Shown piece by piece: positions 27,765 through 35,974 of a stretch of 40,095 nucleotides of DNA. Source of the stretch: a bacterium (GTDB lineage Bacteria; CALINM01); NCBI GenBank assembly GCA_041640455.1, contig JBEQAF010000006.1:1-40095 (forward strand), in the 5' to 3' direction. A program made the translations under genes and the position numbers. The notes under the pieces were generated by a model. That model was not told the origin of the DNA. It searched no databases and saw only the letters and a list, made by a program, of their open reading frames with translations. Position 1 is the first letter of the stretch, and every line of letters starts with the position of its first letter.

Positions 27765-28799
27765 ATGTCCATAAGCTACAAGGATTCAGGTGTAAATATT
27801 GATGAAGGAAATGAGCTTGTCAGGAGGATCAAACCTCTCTGTAAAAAAACCTTTCGGAGTGAAGTGCTTTCCGATATCGGAAGCTTTTCTGCCTTTTTCA
27901 GTGTAAATTATCAGAAATATAAAAATCCCATACTGGTATCAAGTACAGACGGGGTTGGAACCAAACTAAAACTTGCTTTTATAAGTGGCATTCATAACAC
28001 TGTTGGGATAGATCTTGTGGCTATGGTGGTAAACGATATAGTGGTCAGCAATGCAGAGCCTGCTTTCTTTCTTGATTATTTTGCCTGCGGAAAGCTTGAT
28101 GTTTCTGTGGCTGAGAAGGTTATAGAGGGTATCGCAAAGGGCTGTCAGGAAGCAAACTGCGCCCTTATCGGAGGTGAGACGGCAGAGCTTCCAGGCTTTT
28201 ATGAAGAGGGAGAGTATGATCTCGCCGGATTTGGAGTTGGTATAGTTGATAAGGATAATATTATAGATGGTAGCTCTATTACGGTTGGAGATGTAATAAT
28301 AGGGCTCAGCTCTTCGGGTATTCATAGTAACGGCTACTCTCTGGTAAGAAAGCTTTTTTTTGACATTCACAACTATAAGCCTGATACTTACATAGAAGAC
28401 CTTTCCAAGCCTCTCATTGAAGAGCTTTTGACTCCAACAAGAATTTATGTAAAACCGGTGCTTAACACTACCAAAAACTTTGAGGTTAAGGGGATTGCCC
28501 ATATAACAGGTGGGGGATTTATAGACAATATTCCACGCATACTACCACAAAACGCTAAGGCTTTGATAAAAAAAGACAGCTTTGAATGGCTCCCGGTATT
28601 TAAATTTATGCAATGGCTGGGAAAGATTGATACTCTGGAGATGATGAGAACCTTTAACTGCGGCATTGGAATGGTTATGGTGGTAAAAAATGATATTGCT
28701 GATGATCTGGTTTCTTTTCTTCATCATAACGGCATTAAGTCATACATCATAGGCGAGATAGTCAGAAAAACCACCGAAGAGGCGATAGAAATAATCTAA
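27765..28799 (+). CDS. purM: Phosphoribosylformylglycinamidine cyclo-ligase (AIR synthetase)
   Basis: Y..SGV.I, TDGVGTK, DLVAM.VND, GGETAE, SSG.HSNGYSL, HITGGG, TFNCGIG. Confidence 0.97.
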   Translation: MSISYKDSGVNIDEGNELVRRIKPLCKKTFRSEVLSDIGSFSAFFSVNYQKYKNPILVSSTDGVGTKLKLAFISGIHNTVGIDLVAMVVNDIVVSNAEPAFFLDYFACGKLDVSVAEKVIEGIAKGCQEANCALIGGETAELPGFYEEGEYDLAGFGVGIVDKDNIIDGSSITVGDVIIGLSSSGIHSNGYSLVRKLFFDIHNYKPDTYIEDLSKPLIEELLTPTRIYVKPVLNTTKNFEVKGIAHITGGGFIDNIPRILPQNAKALIKKDSFEWLPVFKFMQWLGKIDTLEMMRTFNCGIGMVMVVKNDIADDLVSFLHHNGIKSYIIGEIVRKTTEEAIEII

Positions 28800-28811
28800 C
28801 CTGGAGGTAAA

Positions 28812-29480
28812 ATGGCTTTAAATATCGGGGTACTTGTATCAGGAAGCGGCTCAAACCTTCAATCCATAATAGACCATATTGAAGAAGGCAAGATTAATGC
28901 CAGAATAGCAGTGGTTATTTCAAACATTCCAGGTGTTTTTGCTCTTGAAAGGGCAAAAAAACATAATATACCGGCTGAAGTTGTGAATCATAAAGATTTC
29001 AAAACAAGAGAAGAGTTTGAACTAAAAATTATTGAAGTGTTAAGAAGGTATAACGTGGAGCTGGTTGTTATGGCTGGATTTCTAAGGGTAATAACACGGG
29101 TGCTTCTGGACGCATTTCCTATGAAAGTTATGAATATCCATCCTGCTTTACTACCTGCATTTCCAGGACTGCATGTTCAGAAACAGGCTCTGGAGTATGG
29201 TGTTAAATTCTCGGGCTGCACTGTCCATTTTGCAGATCACGGCGTTGATACGGGACCAATAATTATTCAGGGGATTGTACCGGTTTTTGATCATGACACA
29301 GAAGATATTCTAAGCCGTCGCATATTAGCCTTAGAGCACAGAATATACCCTTCGGCAATCAAACTTTATGCAGAAGGCAGATTAAAAGTTTCAGGAAGAA
29401 GGGTAATCATTGATCCACCACTCACACAGGATGAGCAGGCATACCTTACCAATCCGGATGTAAACCTGATTATAAACTGA
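28812..29480 (+). CDS. purN: Phosphoribosylglycinamide formyltransferase
   Basis: SGSGSNLQ, AGF.R, NIHPALLP.FPG, GCTVHF, DTGPII, EHRIYP. Confidence 0.97.
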   Translation: MALNIGVLVSGSGSNLQSIIDHIEEGKINARIAVVISNIPGVFALERAKKHNIPAEVVNHKDFKTREEFELKIIEVLRRYNVELVVMAGFLRVITRVLLDAFPMKVMNIHPALLPAFPGLHVQKQALEYGVKFSGCTVHFADHGVDTGPIIIQGIVPVFDHDTEDILSRRILALEHRIYPSAIKLYAEGRLKVSGRRVIIDPPLTQDEQAYLTNPDVNLIIN

Positions 29481-29588
29481 TATTTATCAGAAGTTACCAT
29501 AAAAATCCTTAGATTTTTGAGATTGAAGATTATCTTTTTATCTGGTCTAAGAGGGCTATAATTCCCTTTGCTATATCTATAGGAGCGG

Positions 29589-29744
29589 GTGGACAGCCTT
29601 TTATATAAAAATCAACGGGGAGTACAGGGATTTAAAAGTCTTGCGAATGAGTGGATAGAGATGTGCGAAATAAGGGACGGTAAATTATACATACTTCTGG
29701 AGAAGAGAAAGCTGGAAAAAGAATGTGACATTTTCTCGCAGTAA
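29589..29744 (+). CDS. Possible 51-aa small protein (MDSLLYKNQRGVQGFKSLANEWIEMCEIRDGKLYILLEKRKLEKECDIFSQ)
   Basis: GTG start, AGGAG at 29581-29585 (short spacing), perfect TATAAT at 29557-29562; fills the largest intergenic gap; no recognised family. Confidence 0.35.
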   Translation: MDSLLYKNQRGVQGFKSLANEWIEMCEIRDGKLYILLEKRKLEKECDIFSQ

Positions 29745-29874
29745 TAAAATGTGACTTGACTATAGTAATAACATAAAAAGTTTCAGGAATGATTTGAAAG
29801 ATTTGAAAGTAATCACTATAGCATTAAAAAGGTCTTAGATCCTCGAAGTCAAAAAGGCTGGTTTTTTAAGTGGT

Positions 29875-30939
29875 TTATTTCTGATTATCCCCGATGATAT
29901 GAAACCTTGCCCTCCCATAGGTAACCCTGCTTATGCCTGTAAAAAGAAAGATATAAAAAGATGTGGCAAGTATGGTTACTACGGCATAGGCATCTAAAAA
30001 TATGCCAACCCCCCAGAATAGATGGGTTTCAGAAGGAAGAGGAGCATTCATAAAACTGTATACAGCAAGAACTAATGTCATATAAAATATTGATATTACT
30101 GACATAACCTGATATTTAGAGATTTTTCCATCTCCTCTGTAGTCGGCTCTTAAAAACTCAGACAAAAATCTCCAGATCTGAGATGGAAAAAAAACTAAAA
30201 TAAATGAGATAAAATAGTAATTTTTAAGGAAAAGATAGCTACCCATTATTGCTAAAAACGAATAAAAGATGGCAGTGATAGCCTGAACAGGAAATACCCG
30301 TTCGCCTTCAAGCCCTGACTCGTAAGATATCTTTTTTGTCCTTCCGTAAAATACAAAATTTAGTTTTTTGAAAACAGCCTTTGCTGGCAGGTTTATCTCA
30401 TCTATCTTTTTCCCATAACAACAGCCAAAACTGATACAGGCAAGCCTGCCTATCCCCTCTCCGATGCAATAGGATATTACGAGTGTATTTAGTATGACAA
30501 AAGAAAAGTCATACACCCTGTTTAAATCTGTGAAAAGATCCAACCAAACTCTTACCACAAATGGTGAAGCCAACACACCTGCAAATGAAGCCGCACCCAC
30601 AGAAAAGCCGTTTGGCTTCTTTTCCACCAGTCTTGCAATTATCTTTGAAGCAGGCAAAGATATAATTAGTATGGAAAATAATATGATTATGGACAGATAA
30701 ACAGGCACACCCTTTGATGCGTTTAGAAAGAAAAATAGGATTAGGGAAATGCTGTAAGCTAAGCTTGTTATGAGTCCATAATAGGTCAGGTTAATACAGT
30801 GCCAATCTCCCTCAGGGGTTTTGCTTACAGGGATGCAGGCAAGAATCTGCCAGTTCTCCTTTGGTAGATTTCGAAACGCCCATACAAAACCTGCAATAAG
30901 AACTGCTGAAAATGCTAATAAAATTAAACCAGTCTGCAT
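29875..30939 (-). CDS. Divergent prolipoprotein diacylglyceryl transferase (Lgt)-family membrane protein
   Basis: Multi-TM; YYG near the N-terminus, GRLACISFGCCYG (cf. Lgt GRxGxFxNGccyG), FPVQ (cf. HPxQLYE), RFLSEFLR (cf. RFxxEFxR); overlaps psd by 16 nt. Confidence 0.75.
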   Translation of the reverse strand: MQTGLILLAFSAVLIAGFVWAFRNLPKENWQILACIPVSKTPEGDWHCINLTYYGLITSLAYSISLILFFFLNASKGVPVYLSIIILFSILIISLPASKIIARLVEKKPNGFSVGAASFAGVLASPFVVRVWLDLFTDLNRVYDFSFVILNTLVISYCIGEGIGRLACISFGCCYGKKIDEINLPAKAVFKKLNFVFYGRTKKISYESGLEGERVFPVQAITAIFYSFLAIMGSYLFLKNYYFISFILVFFPSQIWRFLSEFLRADYRGDGKISKYQVMSVISIFYMTLVLAVYSFMNAPLPSETHLFWGVGIFLDAYAVVTILATSFYIFLFTGISRVTYGRARFHIIGDNQK

Positions 30940-31937
30940 GGACTATACCTTCTTCTTCCTATCTCTTCTCTAACTTTGATGTCTGTCTCCACGGTTTTTA
31001 TATTGAAATGTCTGCTGAAAATATTTTCTGCTCTTAAATCTGTTATATTCTGCACCAGATCTTTTGAGAAGCTAATCCTGTCCTTTTCAAAAAGTAATAT
31101 TACAGTACTGCTTCCAGGTCTAAACAGACTTTTAGGACAGCCTCTTTTTAAAACCATGCCATTAATATGAGAGATGGGGTTGTCGTATCTTGTTTCAGAA
31201 TAGCATTGAATAATATCTCCAACCATAAGAGCAGCTACCTCCACAAAGGCTACCAGCCCTATATTGCTCCCCCCTTTTATGTCCGTATCAATAATGGTCA
31301 CTGTTCTTAGATTTTTTGAATAGGGCTTCGCTACTGAGATTATGGCATTGGGATTACAGGAGTGAAATTTGCCTTCCAACACATAGAAGTCCATTACTTT
31401 GCCGGTAACAGGCATGTGATTGTAATGGTACTTGTCTGGAGTAAGTCTAAATATGGCAAAATCACCATCTCTGAACTCTTCCGCCCAGATGCTGCTTCTA
31501 CCTATAATTTCAGGAAAATCAAAAAACTTGCCTTTTATAAAAAACAATGATTTTTCATTAAGAGAACCTATTATCATCTTTGCATCACAGGGAGAGACTA
31601 TTACGTCTTCATCCTCAGGCATGGGTCTTACTTCCCAGTATCTTATCTTTCTTTCAAAAAAATCTCTTAGATTTTTAATATTTTCAGGCTCATAGAGGCT
31701 CTCTCTGACCTCTTTCATGTTCATAAGATTGACCAGAAATTTATTAAGTCTTCTGTTTAAAAAGCTATCAAAATTAAGATAGGCGAGCATGCTGGAAAAT
31801 CTTCTATCTGTCAGTCTTTCAAAAAGCCAGTTTGCATTTTCACGCACACGGGAATACAAGAAACGCACATACTGATTACCAAAAAGCTCTTCTTCCTTAA
31901 CAAAACCTGTTTCTCTGCATATGTATCTGTGTTTCAT
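30924..31937 (-). CDS. psd: Phosphatidylserine decarboxylase family proenzyme (pyruvoyl-dependent)
   Basis: FFERK, VSPCD, IKG, RL.P.KYH..H.P, N.R, EV.A..VG.I, self-cleavage site F.PGSST; TAAGGAGA SD. Confidence 0.88.
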   Translation of the reverse strand: MKHRYICRETGFVKEEELFGNQYVRFLYSRVRENANWLFERLTDRRFSSMLAYLNFDSFLNRRLNKFLVNLMNMKEVRESLYEPENIKNLRDFFERKIRYWEVRPMPEDEDVIVSPCDAKMIIGSLNEKSLFFIKGKFFDFPEIIGRSSIWAEEFRDGDFAIFRLTPDKYHYNHMPVTGKVMDFYVLEGKFHSCNPNAIISVAKPYSKNLRTVTIIDTDIKGGSNIGLVAFVEVAALMVGDIIQCYSETRYDNPISHINGMVLKRGCPKSLFRPGSSTVILLFEKDRISFSKDLVQNITDLRAENIFSRHFNIKTVETDIKVREEIGRRRYSPCRLV

Positions 31938-31945
31938 AAGTCTCC

Positions 31946-34351
31946 TTATCTATTAAATTTTTCTTTGTGGCATAAAACTGAAAATAGAATTTTTATTATT
32001 TTTACCTGTTCATCAAGACTGAGACTATCATCGGTAATATCTTTCCCACTTATAGAAGAAATAAGATTTTTTACCTGTTCCAGCTCTCCTGAGCTAACAA
32101 AATTGTTTACCAGCTCCTTATCTTGGGTTATCAGATGCTCAAACTCCGAATCAAGTATCTTTAGCGCCTCGTCAATATGCTTCTGTCTCAACTCAAAACG
32201 GTAGTAGTTTTCAAGTTTTTTATTGAAATCATCGGCATTAAGATCCAGCGGAGATTTTATTCTGTGAGCCCTTTTTATGTCTTTCAGAACCTTTCCTGCC
32301 GAAGTTTTCTCAGGATATTTAAGTCTATCTTCAAGATTTTTAATAGTATCTACCATACCAAACATCTCTATAAGGTCTGCCCCATCTTCTTTAAGCACCT
32401 TAAACAGAGCCCTTTTATACTCATTTATGTAAACTCTTATATAGTTTGGATATCGGTTGCTAACCCTTGTCTTTTCTGTTTTTGCCAGCACCCTTTTTAT
32501 AAATCTATTCTGCGTGTCTTTATGCACAAAAAAGGTGGGGAGATCAATGGCAGAAAAAAATATTACCTGTCTTCTTTCGCTCTCCACAAAGGGGGAATCA
32601 GGAATATCCCTGTGAGACACCTGACCTGTAAGAATGTATTTATAAGCCAGCGCATAGATAAGATTCTGAAGCAGTATGGCGTTTTTCATGTCATCAGTAA
32701 AGCTGTAAAAAAGGCTGTAATGTCTTGATTCGAAGCCTGAAAAACCCATAACCTCAAACTCTCGCAACTTTTCAAGCAGATACAATGACATCTGGGTATC
32801 AAAAACTCCCATCTGCTCAAGATCTTTTTTAAGACTTACGCTGTTTCCTTTAACGCCGTTCAGGGCTGAATTTTTTTCTGTGCTGAGCAGTGCTACAAGA
32901 TAGTTTATTAGTCTGTAATCGATCACATAGTCGCCCTTAAGACTAAAAACAAAGCTAATGAAATTATCAATAAATGTTGGACCGAATGGCGTTACAGGAT
33001 TACCAAAGATGCTTATCTTTGCTTTCTTCTTCCATCTTCTCCATAACATCCTGAGATGGGTAAAATCAAGCTCATGGGGGAGATATCCTAAAACCTTTTC
33101 AGGATGAAAATCTGTAAAGGATAATCTATAAACCGCTGATGTGTAGTTCCCCACAAAAAGCGGGAGAAAATGTTCTGCCACTTTAATTGCCAGATCTCCC
33201 AGATATTTCTCGTGAACACTGCTAAAGCCGCTTTGAGAGTCTGATAGTGCATCTGTCAGTTTTTTGCTTCCAAGACTAATATGAATTCCGTTATTGGTCA
33301 GGCTTATATTTGAAAGATTGGGAAGCACTACCAGATTATTGGTTATTATCCCTGCTTCTCTCAGTTTCAAAATTGCATTCAACTGACTTCTGCTTAACAC
33401 CATATGGCAAAGATGCATGTATCTATACTTATCTTCACCTCTGTTCCAGCCAGAAAGGCAGGGATTCATAAAAAGCTCTCTATAAAAACAGTCAGACACA
33501 CACTCACTAATAGTCTTCTGCATAAGTGATGGATGAGGAGAAAAATAGACAATTACCTTCTGACCACTATCAACAAGATTAAATTTTTTGTTGCTGTAGC
33601 CAACAATTAGCTGAATTAAAAGATATCTTAAAGCCATCTCTCCTGATAGCTCACTGCCAAGATTGGTTTTTGAATTAGCTATGTAAAAGGATGATATCTC
33701 AGGGGAGGTATTATCGTTGGAAAATTTATCAAGAAGTAGCAGTCTAATTCGCTGAGCAAGATTTTCACTTATATTAAGATTGGCAACAATATCAGCCGCA
33801 GCCAGTTTAAGCAGATAGCTAATTGGAATTCTTAAAAGCTCTTCATCTCCTGAATTGATGAAAAATCTGTCCATGTCGGTTCTGAAATCGCTTTTTGAAT
33901 CGGTCTTATCTGCAAGTAGATCATATCTTAAAGTTTTAAGCGCCTTCTTTGACAAAGTCTTGAGAGATATCCTGACCCAGCTATTATCCCAGTATGCCTC
34001 TTTATTCTCATCCAGAAAAGTCTTAAGTTTTGATAATAGCCCCTTTTCAATATCACCAGACTTTTCCCTTTTTTGAATGTTTGCATAGTAGTTTGATTGC
34101 TCTATAAATGCAGGTAGGTCAACATCCTCTTTTCTGCCAAAAACGGTTGCCTGAAGCTCCAGTTCGCTTCCGCCTGTTGTATCCCCTGCACTGAAAGGAA
34201 GTGATGAGATGTCAATGCCTTTGTAGTTATATTTAACACCCAGGAGCAGAAAAGATTCCTGTAAAATATCTTCTGAAGAATCTTTTAACTGCTCTCTGAA
34301 GGGTGGGGGGGTAGGTCTCTCTGCAAGCATTAAAAACAAATTTACAGGCAA
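31946..34351 (-). CDS. Large hypothetical protein, predicted glutamine synthetase/GCS-fold (COOH-NH2) ligase
   Basis: 801-aa ORF with GSELELQ (aa 61-67), NNGIHISLG (aa 353-361) and LREF...GFESRH (E541, R543); start uncertain (TTG 34351 or ATG 34330). Confidence 0.6.
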   Translation of the reverse strand: MPVNLFLMLAERPTPPPFREQLKDSSEDILQESFLLLGVKYNYKGIDISSLPFSAGDTTGGSELELQATVFGRKEDVDLPAFIEQSNYYANIQKREKSGDIEKGLLSKLKTFLDENKEAYWDNSWVRISLKTLSKKALKTLRYDLLADKTDSKSDFRTDMDRFFINSGDEELLRIPISYLLKLAAADIVANLNISENLAQRIRLLLLDKFSNDNTSPEISSFYIANSKTNLGSELSGEMALRYLLIQLIVGYSNKKFNLVDSGQKVIVYFSPHPSLMQKTISECVSDCFYRELFMNPCLSGWNRGEDKYRYMHLCHMVLSRSQLNAILKLREAGIITNNLVVLPNLSNISLTNNGIHISLGSKKLTDALSDSQSGFSSVHEKYLGDLAIKVAEHFLPLFVGNYTSAVYRLSFTDFHPEKVLGYLPHELDFTHLRMLWRRWKKKAKISIFGNPVTPFGPTFIDNFISFVFSLKGDYVIDYRLINYLVALLSTEKNSALNGVKGNSVSLKKDLEQMGVFDTQMSLYLLEKLREFEVMGFSGFESRHYSLFYSFTDDMKNAILLQNLIYALAYKYILTGQVSHRDIPDSPFVESERRQVIFFSAIDLPTFFVHKDTQNRFIKRVLAKTEKTRVSNRYPNYIRVYINEYKRALFKVLKEDGADLIEMFGMVDTIKNLEDRLKYPEKTSAGKVLKDIKRAHRIKSPLDLNADDFNKKLENYYRFELRQKHIDEALKILDSEFEHLITQDKELVNNFVSSGELEQVKNLISSISGKDITDDSLSLDEQVKIIKILFSVLCHKEKFNR

Positions 34352-34397
34352 TTTTTTAAAGGCAAATAAAGAAAGTATTAATAATTAATTAAAAAAG

Positions 34398-34766
34398 CTA
34401 TTTCTGAAAATAAGCCACATGATTTTTTTTGTCATACTGGTATCTTCTACCCCATGGGTCAACAGGATAACCTTCACTATCAAGAGGCGAAAAATCAAGA
34501 AACTTTTTTGTTACCAATCCCTCCTTATTTTCTTCCAGAAAATAATCACGGGTTAGCTCTGCCAGATTTTCAGGGAATCTCCCCTTTTTTACCACAAAAA
34601 CCACTATGGCTGTATTTATGTTGTATACCTGTTCCTGAGCCAGTCTTTCCTTAATGATACTTTCATATCTGTGGTAGTATCCAAGAAGAATAGCTGTGAT
34701 AATAAAGATAAACAGTAGAACAAGTGTATTTTCAAGAGATACTCTACCAGTATTTTTGAGTCTCAT
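34398..34766 (-). CDS. GspG-like pseudopilin / type II secretion-type pilin
   Basis: ATG at 34766 overlaps the gspF-like stop (ATGA); short basic leader, G|RVSLE and a hydrophobic helix; GRFPENL.EL and C-terminal DPWGR.YQY typical of GspG. Confidence 0.7.
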   Translation of the reverse strand: MRLKNTGRVSLENTLVLLFIFIITAILLGYYHRYESIIKERLAQEQVYNINTAIVVFVVKKGRFPENLAELTRDYFLEENKEGLVTKKFLDFSPLDSEGYPVDPWGRRYQYDKKNHVAYFQK

Positions 34767-35974
34767 TTTCCAACAAACTTTACCATATCCCACATGGGCA
34801 GGAATACGCTTAAGGCAAGAAAAAGCACCATGCCAAAGATAAAGACAAGAAGAATGGGCTCAATCAGGGTTGTAAGATTTTTTATAGTATAATCAAGCTC
34901 TCCTTCATAAAACTCAGAAACCCTTTTTAGCATCTCATCAAGGGCGCCTGTCTCTTCTCCCACATTTATCATCTCAAGGGTCAGAGATGTAAAAATACCA
35001 GTTCGTGCAATGGCATCTCCCAGCCCTGCGCCTCCAAGAATATTATTTTTTATTTCTTCAAGCTTCTTTTCAAAAACCACATTATCGAGCACCCTGCTTA
35101 GCAGATTTAGTATCTCGGTTATTACCACACCGCTGGAAAAAAGAAGCGAAAAGAACCTCGAAAATCTTGCCATTATTATCTTTACTACTATTTCACCTAT
35201 TATGGGAATTTTTAAAATCAGCGGGTCATATATCCGTCTGCCCGATCTGGTATTTTTTAAAAAAAGGTAAAAAGCTACAATCCCCATCAGAACCAATGCA
35301 AAAAGCATCCAGTATTTTGAAAAAAATCCTGAAATACCTATAAGTATCCTGGTAGGTAGTGGAAGCTCTGTTCGAAACCCTTTGTAAAGGGCAGCAAATC
35401 TTGGGATTACAAATATTATTAGCACCATAACAGCCACAAAGATAGCGCCTATGACTATCTTGGGATAAAGGGTGGCATTTTTAATTTTCTGTCTTAAATC
35501 TTCTTCTTTTTCCAGATTTTCAGCAATCTTAAAAAGTATATCGGGCAGATTTCCGCTTATCTCACCAATCTGAACTGTGGCAACATAAATATTGTCAAAA
35601 TACTCGGGATAAAATGAAAGGGAGTTATAAAAGGTTCTCCCTTTTTCAAGAGAGCTTTCTATATCTTCAAGAGCAGTTCTAAATCTTTTATTTTTTGTCT
35701 GTACCGCTATAGCTTTTAAAGCCCTTGTTATACTGAGACCTGCTTTAAGCATGGTGGCAAGCTGGGTTGTAAAAAGGATGAGCTCCCTTCTGGTGATGTG
35801 GGTAAACTTTCTTACTATCTGTCTAATATCCAGAAGAGGTGCTGATTTACTAAGACGAACCGGTATTAGCCCCTGGGAATCAAGAAATCTTAACACCTCA
35901 TCTTCCATACCCTCAAAATAGCCCTCAGAAATGTTGCCATTTCTATCTCTTGCCCTGTAGAAGAATTTATCCAT
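34763..35974 (-). CDS. Type II secretion system F / PilC family platform protein
   Basis: FTTQLATMLKAG, GE.SG.L, YP.IV, ELPLPTR, GEETG.LD.ML, LIEP. Confidence 0.93.
   Translation of the reverse strand: MDKFFYRARDRNGNISEGYFEGMEDEVLRFLDSQGLIPVRLSKSAPLLDIRQIVRKFTHITRRELILFTTQLATMLKAGLSITRALKAIAVQTKNKRFRTALEDIESSLEKGRTFYNSLSFYPEYFDNIYVATVQIGEISGNLPDILFKIAENLEKEEDLRQKIKNATLYPKIVIGAIFVAVMVLIIFVIPRFAALYKGFRTELPLPTRILIGISGFFSKYWMLFALVLMGIVAFYLFLKNTRSGRRIYDPLILKIPIIGEIVVKIIMARFSRFFSLLFSSGVVITEILNLLSRVLDNVVFEKKLEEIKNNILGGAGLGDAIARTGIFTSLTLEMINVGEETGALDEMLKRVSEFYEGELDYTIKNLTTLIEPILLVFIFGMVLFLALSVFLPMWDMVKFVGK

Noticed and set aside
27966..28502. 178-aa minus-strand ORF opposite purM, and the other short nested ORFs in the track
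   Set aside because: All overlap confidently identified genes and show no family features.
29724..29765. TGTGA half-sites suggesting CRP/FNR-type boxes
   Set aside because: Neither TGTGA has a correctly spaced TCACA partner at N6, and the region lies between convergent genes.
29785..29812. GATTTGAAAGATTTGAAAG resembles the ATTGAAA(G/C) end of CRISPR repeats
   Set aside because: Only two adjacent 9-mers, no spacers, no 25-40 nt repeat and no cas genes.
32177..32728. 183-aa plus-strand ORF opposite the 801-aa ligase-like gene
   Set aside because: Antisense shadow ORF with no recognisable domain or SD.
34767..34793. Longer start for the pseudopilin (MGYGKVCWK...)
   Set aside because: Overlaps the gspF-like gene; ATG 34766 gives the standard ATGA overlap and a short prepilin-like leader.
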